From Halocafeteria seosinensis (lineage: Eukaryota): DNA of 64,000 nt. The translations under genes and the position numbers were made by a program. The stretch covers positions 1-64,000 of the forward strand of contig LVLI01000201.1 in the NCBI GenBank assembly GCA_001687465.1, read 5' to 3'. This document shows, one piece after another, positions 51,001 through 62,947 of this stretch; within the stretch, counting starts at the first letter, position 1; each line of letters begins with the position of its first letter. The notes beneath the pieces are model-generated. The model searched no databases and was not told where the DNA came from. It saw nothing but the letters and a program-made list of their open reading frames with translations.

Positions 51001-51734
51001 CGCTTGCTCGCCAGTTGACACTTGCTCGTACGCTCCAATTCCCAACGAAATGACAGCAGCAATCATAAGAATGATCAGTACAGGATCCTTAAATGCATCC
51101 TTAAACAGTTTCCAAAAGCTGTCAAAAGGTCGCGACGGCAGCTTGTTAGTGTAGAATCTGGAGATTTCCACAAACGATTAGCACATTATAAAGAGGATAA
51201 ACAGTATCAATATTCGTTATACCAAACTTACACCTCTCGTCTCTTTGCTAGATCGTCCTCATCCGCCGGGATACCACTGTGTAGGTCCGTCTTCAGTTTT
51301 TCGGCGAGGCCACTTTGTCTTCCAGCTTCAGCCAACTTTTGTTTGCACGATTCCTCTTCACCGAATTCAACCAACCCGCAGAGCTCGGCGACGGACATAC
51401 CAAAGCCCTCACGTCGCTCCTGGTCCCTCTCAGAAAAGTGAAGCTGTTCCATATTGGGTCCTTCCTGGTCGCCAGCGCCTTCTTGCTTCGTCTCGTTGAT
51501 GCTCGCTAGTTGTCCGTTGGCTGCCTTCGATTCCGACATTTCCACTTGCACCGAGCTCGCCTTAGCGTTTCCTTCATCGAAATCATCCTTTGCCGTTGAT
51601 TGGTTCCACTCCACCAACTGCTGCCGTGAAGCCGCATTTTGTTCGTAGCCCGGAAAAACCGCGCGTCCACTTTCGGTGATCTGTGGTTCCACCGATTCCA
51701 CGTTGGTGCTACTGTTCTGCTCTTGAGATGACAT
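48004..51734 (-). CDS. P2B-type (PMCA) Ca2+-ATPase, one intron near 51.16-51.23 kb
   Basis: TGES, PEGLPLAVT, CSDKTGTLT, GDGTNDAPALK, FLQFQLTVN, LWVNLIMD; ATG at 51734. Confidence 0.96.
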
Positions 51735-52809
51735 AGTTATTTGACTTTGCACAGAAGCTATAACCCTTCCGAGTCTGTCAGACACCGTGTAAGCTGCAAC
51801 AAGGGGAAGAACAGGGGAACAAAAACACAAGGGGAGAACACGGAGGTCGGTTGACACACAAGTCCTCAACAATCGTGAACGGTTCAAGCAGAACGTGTTA
51901 GCTATGTAACACTACCTGCACAAGCCTTCCTTCAGCAAGAATCCTGTCACAAACCAGTGAATCCTCGAAGATCGGAGATGTGCTGCTCTTGCACTGCAGT
52001 CCAACACTGCAGCTTCAAGGGCTCTGCTTCAAACACCCTGGCAGGCTGGGCAGCCTGGCTGCATCCACCCGTAGAATAGCATCGGCTGCGCTGCGTAGCA
52101 CTAGAAAATGCCGAATACACCCGTATTCAGGGATCACTTTGTCCGATGTATTCTCGAAGTTGCCAATCTGCTCCCTGGAGTCCCATGGGCCATGTCATGC
52201 CGGTCAACAGCATGTGGGAACCTCGGTTGGTTCAAACCTTACACCACGTCCAGGGTTGATGGCATTCTATGTCTGCTACCGGTAGTCTAGAGGACAGCGA
52301 TAGTGGTATCATGGTCTTCATTCTTCTATTGGAACGAGATACTGTATTGGGAGGTATGCTGCATGGTTGGTGTAGACTGCGGCCCTTTTTTTTTTTTTCT
52401 TTTCTGCGAAACCTGAAGCAGTCATGATCCTGGGTATCATTAGTTATTCATATTCATAACATATTGTATCGGATACATCTGCCAGTACTCCTTGTCTGCT
52501 GTGTCCGGTGTCCGCTCATTTTGTGTCGAAATCATGGCCTCTCGTTTCCCACATTCACATCGCAGTACCTAAAACATAGTCAGTCCTGTATAGCACACCA
52601 CTTGCCTGTACCACCTGTAACATCAAAGCGACCGCCATGCAATGTCAGTAGCACCAACAGCACTGTGTAGCTTCGCTTCCTTGAAGTTCCAAGTTGTTGA
52701 AGGAAATGGCGCGTTGCATGCAACGGATCACTTTCTTGATATCCACTGAAATTGTCGCCCGTATCAAATTAAGCACTAAACGTTCATTTTCTTTACTTTC
52801 GAGGGCAAG

Positions 52810-54007
52810 ATGGCTACCCACCTAATGAGCCCTACGAGTGTCCCGAAATCGGCTTTCCCGGAAAATGACACTTCACGGGTGAGCGCCATTGATGGCATTT
52901 CACGCGCAAAGCCGGAAGGACCTTCTACAGGGGTTACCATGAAGCCTCAGCGTCGTGGGCAAAAGGTTAAATCGCCGAACCCTCGGAAAACGGGCACACC
53001 TTTCGATACAACTGCGATAAGTCGATATTTACCGGTGGGGGAGCATCGCGTAGCGGATGAAAACGATTTGGACCCCAATGCGTTTTCGTCCCACATCGTT
53101 ACCAGTCCTCATACCAGTACGTCATAATTAGTAATGTCATCACACTATCTCTAGGCTGTTTGTTCATATTTGATGCGGTCACAGAACCATTGGCTCCACA
53201 TTCGGGATTTGGAGGAACGTTGCAGCATTTTAGTTCCAGTCCCAACAGTAAACCTTCAGCTCCTCCTCTGGAAACTGTGCAGAAAGCCAAGGAACCACGG
53301 TCGAATCCACCCAACACAGAATTTCGACGCCATTTTGAGCGCGGTGATCTGCCGATCATCGTGGAACATACGAGCAGCGGGACGAAACCGGGATGGAAAG
53401 TGACAGTCTCGGATTTGGACTACCACCACTTCTTACCGATTTTCTTTGAAGGACTCAGAGAGAAAGAAGAGCCATATAGCAGCATGGCATTGAAAGGCTG
53501 CTTCGACATGCTTCGAATGGGGGGCTCGAAAACGTTACCTGTGGTCCCTCAGTTGATTTTACCTATGAAGAGTACGTTTCATTTTGCTTGTTTTGGTCAC
53601 TGAGGTCAACTGAGAGATTCCATGTTGCTGCAGTGGCATTAAATACCCGAGACTCACTGGTAATGCGAAGAGTCCTACTGGTTCTCCAAGAGCTTGTAAA
53701 GAGTGCCGAACTGATTGGAGAAGCGTTGGTCCCGTACTACAGACAGCTTCTCCCGGTATTGTCGATTTACAAGAACAGCGACAAAAACTTGGGGGACAAA
53801 ATTGACTACTCTCAGCAGAAGAGAAACAACATTGGAACTTTGGTGAATGAAACACTAGAGTTACTGGAACAATTCGGAGGCGAAGACGCTTTCATCAATA
53901 TCAAGTAAGTTTTTAGGTTCGCTATTTTTTCATTCGTTGCAAGACACAGTTCTCTTGTGTACGCCAGGTACATGATTCCTACTTACGAATCTTGCGTGTA
54001 CAACTAG
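52810..54007 (+). CDS. PACRG: Parkin co-regulated gene protein (axonemal inner junction)
   Basis: [56 protein letters not shown]; start uncertain. Confidence 0.93.
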
Positions 54008-54042
54008 CAAGTTTGATAGGAACTAACGAGGCAAGAAGTCCC

Positions 54043-55804
54043 CTACTTGAGATGCTCAGCACGTTTAGCGAGAGCATCCATGACAGCATCCATTTTTCGG
54101 ATGGTCTCTAAACTATTCGTGTAGGTCTTCTGCAATTAGATACATAGTAAAGATAATAGGCGGACAATATACAGTGTAACGCCGCGCGATTGAAGCTTAC
54201 ATCCGTAGGTATTTCATCAAAAACAACTAGTTGCCCCTGTCCTTGGTCCAAAGTTGCCGACAGTTTCTTGTCCAGGATCATTTCAGCTAACTTTGATTCA
54301 ACTCTGTCATATGGCAGGGCAATCAACTCCGCAACGTGGTTGATTTCAACACAGGAAAAGGGCTCAATTATACGGGTCTGCGCAAACGAACGTCGATTCC
54401 AATTAAGTAAACAAATTATCAAATGGGGAATATGCAGGGATTATCATGACATACCAAGTTCTGCTCCAGCAGCATATTGTTCAAGAAGGAAAGATGGCGA
54501 TTAATCAAGTGGTCGCCTTGGAGTTCCTGGTGGTATTCCTTCAACGTATTTTCGAAGTCATGCAGGGATCTGTCTTGGTAGGCCTTATTGACAGCTCTTA
54601 GTGCTTCCATATTCCTTCCAGCATACTGTACGCCGTACTTCCCATTCAAGAGTGAAGAAGCGTCGTCAACATTTCCAGTCATCACTTTGGTTAGTATCAT
54701 GTACTTGAGGCAATCCATTGCTCGCGGGTCATCCAGGGTTCGTAGTCCTTCAAACGCTTCGAAGAAGTACGAATAAGAAGTGCGGTAGTCCTTCTCTTCG
54801 GCATGCAGAGTCCCCGCTTGCATATCAATCTCTACTTGCATCTCGGGTGGAACATATATAGCATTAGCAGCGGTTCGAGCGGCGGTCAAAGCGGCTCTTG
54901 ACTTCGGGGCATTGCGTAGATAATAGTGTGTCTTGCTCTCAACCAAGTGAATTTCAAGAAGCAAACTCTTATCATCCAGTTTCTTTACTTCGGTCAGGAG
55001 GCTGTTGATCAGCACAAGCGCATCCTGGTATTTTTCCTGCTCGACCAGTCTGCAATGAGCCAGATCCCCAAACCTATTCACAACATACCCATATTTTGGC
55101 AATCTGTACACATACAATGACGCTAGTCTCGTCTGGATTCGTAGTCGCAAGAAACTGCGTTTTTCAGCACGGCACCATTCAATGGATTCTTCGCATAATT
55201 GGATCTGAGTGTTCAATGTGTTGGGTATCCTTGCCACCATGTCAATCAAAGTTCTCACTGCATTTCGAAAAATCAATCGAAATCGTGGAGTTTCTTAGAA
55301 ATCATTGAGACCAAAGGAAGGTAACCATCGTGTACTGCGTCTGGATTAAGGAACATACCGATCTTGGCTGTTTTGGCTTTGGCTACTTTGGCGAAAAATG
55401 GCCGATTTTCTTTGAGTAAAGCCACCAGTGCTTGGACATTTCTGCACCCCACAGGTATTTCCAGAATCACACATCTTATGAAATGAAACACGTAGAATCA
55501 GATAAACGTACCCTAACTTGGAATTAATGTCTCCTAGACGATAAAGAGCGATTTCTTTGAGTTTTTGGAGCTCTTCATCCTCGGATTCCGTGCGCAAAAC
55601 TCGTTCAAACAGCTCTTTAGCTTGCTCCAGTTTCTGTTTGCCCTGCTGGGCGTCTTTCTCCTTCTTTTGAGCTGCCTTTTCACCCTGCTGGGTGCCTTTC
55701 CCGTGCTGTGTGGAGCTTGTATGAGGCTCGAAAAGCTCCTTTCCGGTCTCAAAGAGCTCCTTGGCTTGGTCAAACACAGCCTGCGTTTGCTCCACAGACG
55801 CCAT
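54043..55804 (-). CDS. RPN6: 26S proteasome lid subunit RPN6/PSMD11, multi-exon
   Basis: [47 protein letters not shown], and a PCI domain (MILDKKL...LDQG). Confidence 0.96.
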
Positions 55805-56294
55805 TTTTCTTTTCTAGTATATAATAACAAAGAGCAAACAATTACACCCTATTCATCAGGCAATATCTTTCTGTCCATCGTTTACACACACACAATTGGA
55901 CAATGAAAAGTCGACGAAATATTTGTCCGATTACGATCGTGGACCAAGGTCAGGTGGCCTAATCGCTTAACCCATCGCTTAAGCAATGACAGTTTGGAAT
56001 TCCTTCACGGAACCATTAAATGGTTTAGAAGAGTTGGAGGATTAGATCTTTTAGATATCAGAACTACCGTTGTCTACATATACCTCAGGGATCAGTGGAT
56101 TCTCTGATTACCTTCGCCGCTTTTTGGCGACCCACAAATACCGTGGGTTTTGGTTCTATATTAATATATATTTAATAGACAAACGAGGGTCCCACAACAC
56201 AATTACCACTATCAGTAACAGAGACGAAATATCGCGGACCCACATCGAAACTTGCACCTCGTGAATCATGAGTGCTGTAGCAAACGAAATATGT

Positions 56295-59200
56295 TCATGC
56301 GGTGTCCCCAAGCGCATTCTCAATAGCAGCGACCCGAGAGTCATTAGCACCCCAATCTCTTTTCAATGTGGGGAGAGCTTCTAGGTAATATTCTCTCGAT
56401 ACCTCCACATCGCCTAACGCGCGTAAATGATCCCCCGCACCGGAGAGGGTCGCAGCGAGCGTCAGACTATCGCCTCCATAGATTGGTCTAAGTATGGAAA
56501 ATGCCTCCTCCAAGCATTGCTTTGCAGCATGTAAACGACGTAGTGCACACTCTGCTAGCCCTATAGTCAACAGCGTCTTTCCCACTTCCACATCCGTATC
56601 TCCATAACACTCTTTCTTTATGGATAAGGCTTGTTCATAATACTCTTTGGCACCTTGAGCATCACCTTGATCAGACAATGTAGCCCCTAAATTCCCCAAT
56701 GTACGAGCCACCTCCACATGAGTCTCTCCATAATACTCTTTCTTTATGGATAAGGCTTGCCCATAATATTCTTTGGCAGCTTGGATTTCACCTAGATCAG
56801 ACAATGCAATCCCTAAATTCTCCAATGCATCAGCCACTTCCACATGATTCTCCCCATAATAGTCTTTCTCTATGCATAAGGCTTGTTCATAATACTCTTT
56901 GGCACTTTGAGCATCACCTAGATTACGCAATGTAGTCCCTAAATTCCCCAATGTGGCAGCTACAGACACATGAGTCTCTCCATAATACTCTTTCTGTATG
57001 GATAAGACTCGCTCAAAATACTCTTTGGCACCCTGGGCATCACCCAGATCAGACAATGCAGCCCCTAAGTTTTGCAATGTACCAGCCACTTCCACATGAG
57101 TCTCTCCATAATACTCTTTCTTTATGGATAAAGCTTGTTCATAACACTCTTTGGCACCTTGGGCATCACCTAGATCAGACATTGCGGCCCCTAAATTCTC
57201 CAGTGTAGGAGCCAGAGACACATGAGTCGTTCCATAATACTCCTTTTTTATGGATAAGGCTTGTTCATAATACTCTTTGGCACCTTGGGCATCACCTAGA
57301 TCAGACAATGCAATCCCTAAATTTTCCAGTGTAGGAGCCACGCACAAATGAGTCGCACCGTAATACTCTTTCTGAATGGATAAGGCTCGCTCACAATACT
57401 CTTTAGCACCTTGGGCATCACCTAGGTTAAGCAATGCACTCCCTAAATTCTGCGATATAATAGCCACAGAATTATGAGATCCTCCGTAATACTCTTTCAT
57501 TATGGATAAGGCTTGCTCAAAATACACTTTGGCACCTTGCGCATCACCTAGATCAGAAAATGCAGTCCCTAAATTCGCCAATGTACGACCCACTTCCACA
57601 TGCGTCTCTCCATAATACCCTTTCAGTATGGATAAGACTCGTTCATAATACTCTTTAGCGCATTGAGCGCCACCTAGCTTACTCAATGCAGCCGCTAAAT
57701 TCCCCAATGTACGAGCCACTTCGACATGAGTCTCTCCATAATACTCTTTCTTTACGGATAAGGCTTGTTCCAAATACTCTTTAGCACCATGGCTATCACC
57801 TAGAGCAAGCAATGCATTCCCCACATTCTCCAATATAGCAGCCACTTCCACATGAGTTTCCCCATAATACTCTTTCAGTATGAATAAGGCTTGTTCATAA
57901 TACTCTTTGGCGCCTTGCGCATCACCGAGCTCAAACAATACATTCCCTAAGTTCCCCAATGTACCAGCCACTTCCACATGAGTATCTCCATAGTACTCTT
58001 CCTTAATGCGTAAGGCTTGTTCATAATACTCTTTGGAACCTTCAGCATCACCTAGGTTAAGCAATGCAGTCCCTAAATTCCCCAATGTACGAGCCACTTC
58101 CACATGGGTCTCACCATAATACTCTTTCTCTATGGATAAGGCTTGTTCATAATACTCTTTGGCACCTTGGGCGTCACCTAGTTTACTCAATGCAGTCCCT
58201 AAACTGCCCAATGTGGGGGCCACTTCCACATGAGTCTCTCCAAAATACTCCTTCTGTATGGATAAGGCTTGTTCCAAATACTCTTTAGCACCATGGCTAT
58301 CACCTAGATCCGACAATGCAGTCCCTAGATTCTGCAATGTACCAGCCACTTCCATATGAGTCTCCCCATAATACGCTTTCTTTATGGATAAGGCTTGTTC
58401 GTAACACGCTTTGGCACTTCGTGCGTCACCTAGATCGGACAAGGCAGTCGCTAAATTCTGCAGTGTAAAAGCCACAGACACATGAGTCGCCCCATAATAC
58501 TCCTTTTTTATGGATAAGGTTTGTTCATAATATTCTTTGGCACCTTGGGCATCACCCAGCTTACACAATGCAATCCCTAAATTCTCCAAACTATCTGTAA
58601 TGACAGGATGATTGCGATCAGCATAGAGCTTTCTACGTATCCACAACGCCTGTTCATAGTATTCTTTGGCTTTCTTTGGGTCCCCCAGGTCTAGTAAAGC
58701 ATTCCCTAGACCCATCATAGTACACGCTTGGTCTTTACTACCAGGTGACGCAGTGAGGTTAACATTCGCCCATCCTTCGTGCCCATTCTGGAGTGTTTGG
58801 ATTTGGGTTTCTTCGTGTTGTCGAATTGATAGCACATGCTCATAGTGTTCTTTGGCGCCTTGTGCATCGCCCAGTCTGCAGAGCGCCTCCGCCAGATTTT
58901 CCAAAGTATCAAGCGCTTTAGAATGATCATCCTTGTAATGCTTCTTGTAGATATGTGACGCTTGTTCGAAATACCCTTTGGCTTGTGGATATTCCCCCGT
59001 ATCAAGCATTGCTCTGCCCAACTGGTTCATCGTTTCAGCCATGTCTGGGTCGTCCTCGTTACCATATATTACCGTTTTAACCGATAACGCACGCTCATAG
59101 TACTGTTTTTCCTTCTTGTAGTGACCAACATCACCATAGATACGGCCTAAACAAGAAGGTTCAATCTTTAGTATTTCGCCCTCACGGGGTCGGTCGCGTG

Positions 59201-61517
59201 GTGAACAGCACCTCAAGCTGGAACTTAAAGGAAAGCAACACTTTGGTTGCTTGCGATTAGCTACTTTGGTCTCTAGGGACAGTCTGCACATATTCTCGGA
59301 CTGTTCGTGTAATGCTTCAGCATGAGATAGCAAAAAGCCGTACTCCAGTGAGCCCCGACACTCTTCGAATAACTGGTTGACAACATCGCAACAAGTTAGC
59401 CAGTGCTCAACAGCACCCGACCGATCAAATTTTGTTTGCCGATTGCAAATGACTGTCTGCAGCAGCGGATGTATACTGATCCACTGTGCCTGTGTTCCTG
59501 ATCCCACGCGGATCAAACCGTATGCTTCCAGATTTCTTCGTAGCTTTGGGTACTCAAACTTGACATCTTGTACCCCCTTAAATTTGCCAACTGTATAACG
59601 GGCGACTGGGTCTGGAATTCGGAAAGGGGCCAACCATGCAAAATGATTCAAAAGTTTCAATGATTGAGGGGACTCTCGAGACAGTTGTTTCAAACTAAGC
59701 TGGTACGTCACAGCAACTGACTCGTGCTCGCTTCCAGAGTCCCACTCCAATAGCTCCTGCTTATGATTCAAATACTGATCTATGTAAGACCCCACATCCA
59801 ACTGCTGTTCGATCATATAGCTAACAGCTTGCATGAGAGCCAAAGGCAAGTAGCCTAGTAAATCAGCTAGTCTTCCCACTTCATCGTCATTGTCATCGTC
59901 TGGATGTTGACTACCCAAGTGCAAGTGTCTGCGGATAAATTCTTTAGCTTCCGTTGGGCTCATTACGTCCACATCCAGTAAGATATTATTATTCGCATCG
60001 CTCCCACTGGTAGAATGCCGCCAACTAACTTGGTCTCGGCTTGTAACCACCAAATGATGTCCGCAGTCAGCTTCGGGTAACCACGATTTCACGGTGTCCC
60101 GGGCAGGTGCATTATCATATATAAGCAAGAACCGCTTCTCTCGTCCGATCCTGTTCAGCCACGCGAGGACATGGCTGGCCTGGTCTTCAAACGAGTCGTT
60201 TTCATTGAGTGGGCTCATCCATACAGGTTCATACTCCCTATAGCAAGCGACGTACAACTCAATATATTGACGCTGCAACTGTTCCACAGAGTCAGCGAGA
60301 AGCCACACTCTTAGATCGTACCTACATGGTGAGGGTGGGTGATGAAAAAAGTAGGCTGCTAGTTGGCTCTTACCGACACCACCCATTCCATGAAGAACAA
60401 GTATGCTGCGTTTTCTCTCAAGACTGCTGGCATGCAAGACCCACGACTTCATCTTTTCAAGCAGATCCTGCCGCTCGACAAACGATTCGTTGATGGCGGG
60501 ACGATTAAATTCGTCGCGATGCGTTAGCCGTGCCTTAATTCTCTTGGTTTGATTCTCCGGCTGATTTCTCTCCAAAGATTCCCAAATATCTCGGTGTTCC
60601 CCTTCTAAGAGACTCATCCACTCGTTAAAAATGTTGTTTTCAAATTGTTCTTCGTTCATTAATTCCGTTGGTAGACTGCGCCCACAAAACCAGTACTCTG
60701 GGTTGTACCAACTTGGATTCTGAGTGCCCCACCGGGAGCTCTCCTTCAGCGTTCTCGAAAGAGTGGTAGCGAGATGTTTTCGAATCTTCTTATCAAATGC
60801 TTTTTGCTGCACAGCCTTATCCAACGAGACTGATCTCAATTCTCCGTCACTGCCCCACTTTAAACGGCGCAACAAGCAAGTGATGAAATTATAGAAGAGC
60901 TGTCCATGAGACGACGGTTCCATCAGTGACTGCGTGAGAGAACCACTCGCATTAGCCTCCAATCCTTCAGATCTTCCCGCTATCATAGTGCCTGAGTATT
61001 TGTCGGCAGATAATCCAGTCTCATCGATGACCAGAGCATGAAACGGATGCTCCCGGCGCGTATATCGAAGTTTCAAGCTCCGGTACATAACATTGAAGCC
61101 CCAAGTCAATAATGAAGGGACCAGGAGGCATAAAAGTGAAATAAGTAGCTTCCCCGCCGTGGAATGCACATGAGACTTGAGTTTCTCGGAAATAGACTCA
61201 TCCTCGACCAATCTTGCATTATGGCGAAGTCCACGTCCAGGCACATACGCATACGCATGCGCATTCGTTGTAGTGAGTACAAGGAATATGCTCAAGAATT
61301 GGAGCAGCAATCGCTCCATGGGTCTCCGCCATTCCAAGGGACCGGGAGAGCCCTTCTCTCTATGCTGCTGCTGTTTGGCCAGTCGGAAGTTCCAGCCCGT
61401 CCTGTTCTGGCCCGTGTAGTTGTGGTAGGGGTGGTGAAATATTCCATATGCAGGAGCCTTTCGTTCTCTCGAATTACGAACAGTATCACTAGTGGGGATA
61501 GTGTTTTTATCGCCCAT
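56295..61517 (-). CDS. NB-ARC (STAND NTPase) plus TPR-repeat protein, NLR-like, with N-terminal hydrophobic helices
   Basis: Intronless 1740 aa; P-loop GMGGVGKS, Walker B LLIYDNA, VVTSR, GYLPLAL, IHPLLQ; about 20 42-aa TPRs. Alternative start at 61319 (MERLLL). Confidence 0.93.
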   Translation of the reverse strand: MGDKNTIPTSDTVRNSRERKAPAYGIFHHPYHNYTGQNRTGWNFRLAKQQQHREKGSPGPLEWRRPMERLLLQFLSIFLVLTTTNAHAYAYVPGRGLRHNARLVEDESISEKLKSHVHSTAGKLLISLLCLLVPSLLTWGFNVMYRSLKLRYTRREHPFHALVIDETGLSADKYSGTMIAGRSEGLEANASGSLTQSLMEPSSHGQLFYNFITCLLRRLKWGSDGELRSVSLDKAVQQKAFDKKIRKHLATTLSRTLKESSRWGTQNPSWYNPEYWFCGRSLPTELMNEEQFENNIFNEWMSLLEGEHRDIWESLERNQPENQTKRIKARLTHRDEFNRPAINESFVERQDLLEKMKSWVLHASSLERKRSILVLHGMGGVGKSQLAAYFFHHPPSPCRYDLRVWLLADSVEQLQRQYIELYVACYREYEPVWMSPLNENDSFEDQASHVLAWLNRIGREKRFLLIYDNAPARDTVKSWLPEADCGHHLVVTSRDQVSWRHSTSGSDANNNILLDVDVMSPTEAKEFIRRHLHLGSQHPDDDNDDEVGRLADLLGYLPLALMQAVSYMIEQQLDVGSYIDQYLNHKQELLEWDSGSEHESVAVTYQLSLKQLSRESPQSLKLLNHFAWLAPFRIPDPVARYTVGKFKGVQDVKFEYPKLRRNLEAYGLIRVGSGTQAQWISIHPLLQTVICNRQTKFDRSGAVEHWLTCCDVVNQLFEECRGSLEYGFLLSHAEALHEQSENMCRLSLETKVANRKQPKCCFPLSSSLRCCSPRDRPREGEILKIEPSCLGRIYGDVGHYKKEKQYYERALSVKTVIYGNEDDPDMAETMNQLGRAMLDTGEYPQAKGYFEQASHIYKKHYKDDHSKALDTLENLAEALCRLGDAQGAKEHYEHVLSIRQHEETQIQTLQNGHEGWANVNLTASPGSKDQACTMMGLGNALLDLGDPKKAKEYYEQALWIRRKLYADRNHPVITDSLENLGIALCKLGDAQGAKEYYEQTLSIKKEYYGATHVSVAFTLQNLATALSDLGDARSAKACYEQALSIKKAYYGETHMEVAGTLQNLGTALSDLGDSHGAKEYLEQALSIQKEYFGETHVEVAPTLGSLGTALSKLGDAQGAKEYYEQALSIEKEYYGETHVEVARTLGNLGTALLNLGDAEGSKEYYEQALRIKEEYYGDTHVEVAGTLGNLGNVLFELGDAQGAKEYYEQALFILKEYYGETHVEVAAILENVGNALLALGDSHGAKEYLEQALSVKKEYYGETHVEVARTLGNLAAALSKLGGAQCAKEYYERVLSILKGYYGETHVEVGRTLANLGTAFSDLGDAQGAKVYFEQALSIMKEYYGGSHNSVAIISQNLGSALLNLGDAQGAKEYCERALSIQKEYYGATHLCVAPTLENLGIALSDLGDAQGAKEYYEQALSIKKEYYGTTHVSLAPTLENLGAAMSDLGDAQGAKECYEQALSIKKEYYGETHVEVAGTLQNLGAALSDLGDAQGAKEYFERVLSIQKEYYGETHVSVAATLGNLGTTLRNLGDAQSAKEYYEQALCIEKDYYGENHVEVADALENLGIALSDLGEIQAAKEYYGQALSIKKEYYGETHVEVARTLGNLGATLSDQGDAQGAKEYYEQALSIKKECYGDTDVEVGKTLLTIGLAECALRRLHAAKQCLEEAFSILRPIYGGDSLTLAATLSGAGDHLRALGDVEVSREYYLEALPTLKRDWGANDSRVAAIENALGDTA
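56592..58607 (-). repeat. Coding tandem array, 16 x 126 bp
   Basis: Unit consensus VEVAxTLxNLGxALxxLGDAQGAKEYYEQALSIxKEYYGETH, also highly similar at the DNA level. Confidence 0.95.
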
Positions 61518-62947
61518 TCTTTCTTGCTTGGTGGAGTCGCCCCAAGATCCTCATCACCCGACACGGGTGACTAGGTAGGTGTAGTTGCGTTCCAACGTTC
61601 AATACGTAAGAATGCAGTTTTTCTCCTTCTTTTCTTTTCTTTATCCCTCCCCAGGCTGGGACATACAAACCAAAGTAGGGCATGCGTACTATGATAGTAG
61701 GTATCAAAAGCCTGGAGCGGAATCCAGCGTAAGGTTCACTGCCTCACAGCGCGCCGCACCGCTCAGTGTCCACTCCACCACACCATACCGGGGGCGACGA
61801 GTTTTCACACTATGCGCAAGTGCTCGAACTGAATTGGAAAGGTTCCGGTTGTACTATGGTCGTAGGAGACACATTAGAAAATACAAACAGGTTGTGTATC
61901 TCGCCGTATACGACAAAATATTTCTTCGCGATCGAGGAGCGAGTACTGGTGTAAACGACGTACACTCTGCAGTGTTGACTTCAAGATATTAGCACTAACA
62001 TTGAGTACGCTTCCCGAGACACGCAGTCGTAAGTAGGCCGAGAAGCCTGCTGTTAACTACCCACTGTACTGGTTCGATCACTCCACGGGAGAATCCCAGC
62101 CCAGACAGTGTTTGACTGTCTCACCCTCAGACTCTCGTGGTCGACTCATACTGTATTCGCGTCTCGTATCAGAACCATCTTATCAGCGGAGGTAGTTCTT
62201 TTCGAAGTGATGCAATCCAAACAGGGCACCCTGAAGTTCTGTTGGAATACTTCTTGTTCGTGGTTCGGTCCCGCAACCTATCATGTACAAGTGTATCTTC
62301 TTGTCATGATACGAAGCTCCATGGAAGCATATTTGGAGGATCCAAACTCTTACCAAGCTTTTATTGGACGCACCAAATCCCTCCAGTCGTTTGAATTGCT
62401 CTTGAGAGGTTTTCTCGCCCCGGCTATTCGCAATGTCTGCTCCCGATCGTCGATTGACTAAGCATTCTTTAGGGCTTGTGGCGGACATAGGCTCCTATCA
62501 GCATTGGTTGGTCGAACTCTTTCTGAGTTTCCTCAGATATATCATGGCGCCGGGTATCCGGAATTTCCATGTAGACTAATTTCATCACCCGCAGTGCACA
62601 CGAAGTGCGTACAATCTTGTTGGCAAAAGGGCTCATCTGCATCTTTTGCGGATGATCCGTTTCAATCCCAACCACTCGAGCAAATATCCCTGAAGAAAAT
62701 TCCCTGATGTCTCGAGTGCTGCGATGTACCTCGGCATTTGAATACTTTGATTCATCCCGGCATTGGAAAATAATAATTTACCACCTTTCCTCTCTCCAAG
62801 TCCTCCTTAGGCGACATTCAAAAGCTGCCGTCAAGCGCCTCTTAACTTCGGGGCGAAGATCATCCAGTAGCGTGTCTTGCTTTCGACAAGAGGGAATTTC
62901 AAGAAACAACCACACTCGTAACATGGGCCGTGGCATCTAGTACAGCC

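Noticed and set aside
52385..52403. Poly-T run as a Pol III terminator or retro-insertion tail
   Set aside because: No adjacent tRNA/snRNA motifs or target-site duplication seen.
56592..58607. CRISPR-like or non-coding tandem array
   Set aside because: The units are 126 bp, in frame and encode TPRs; there are no unique spacers.
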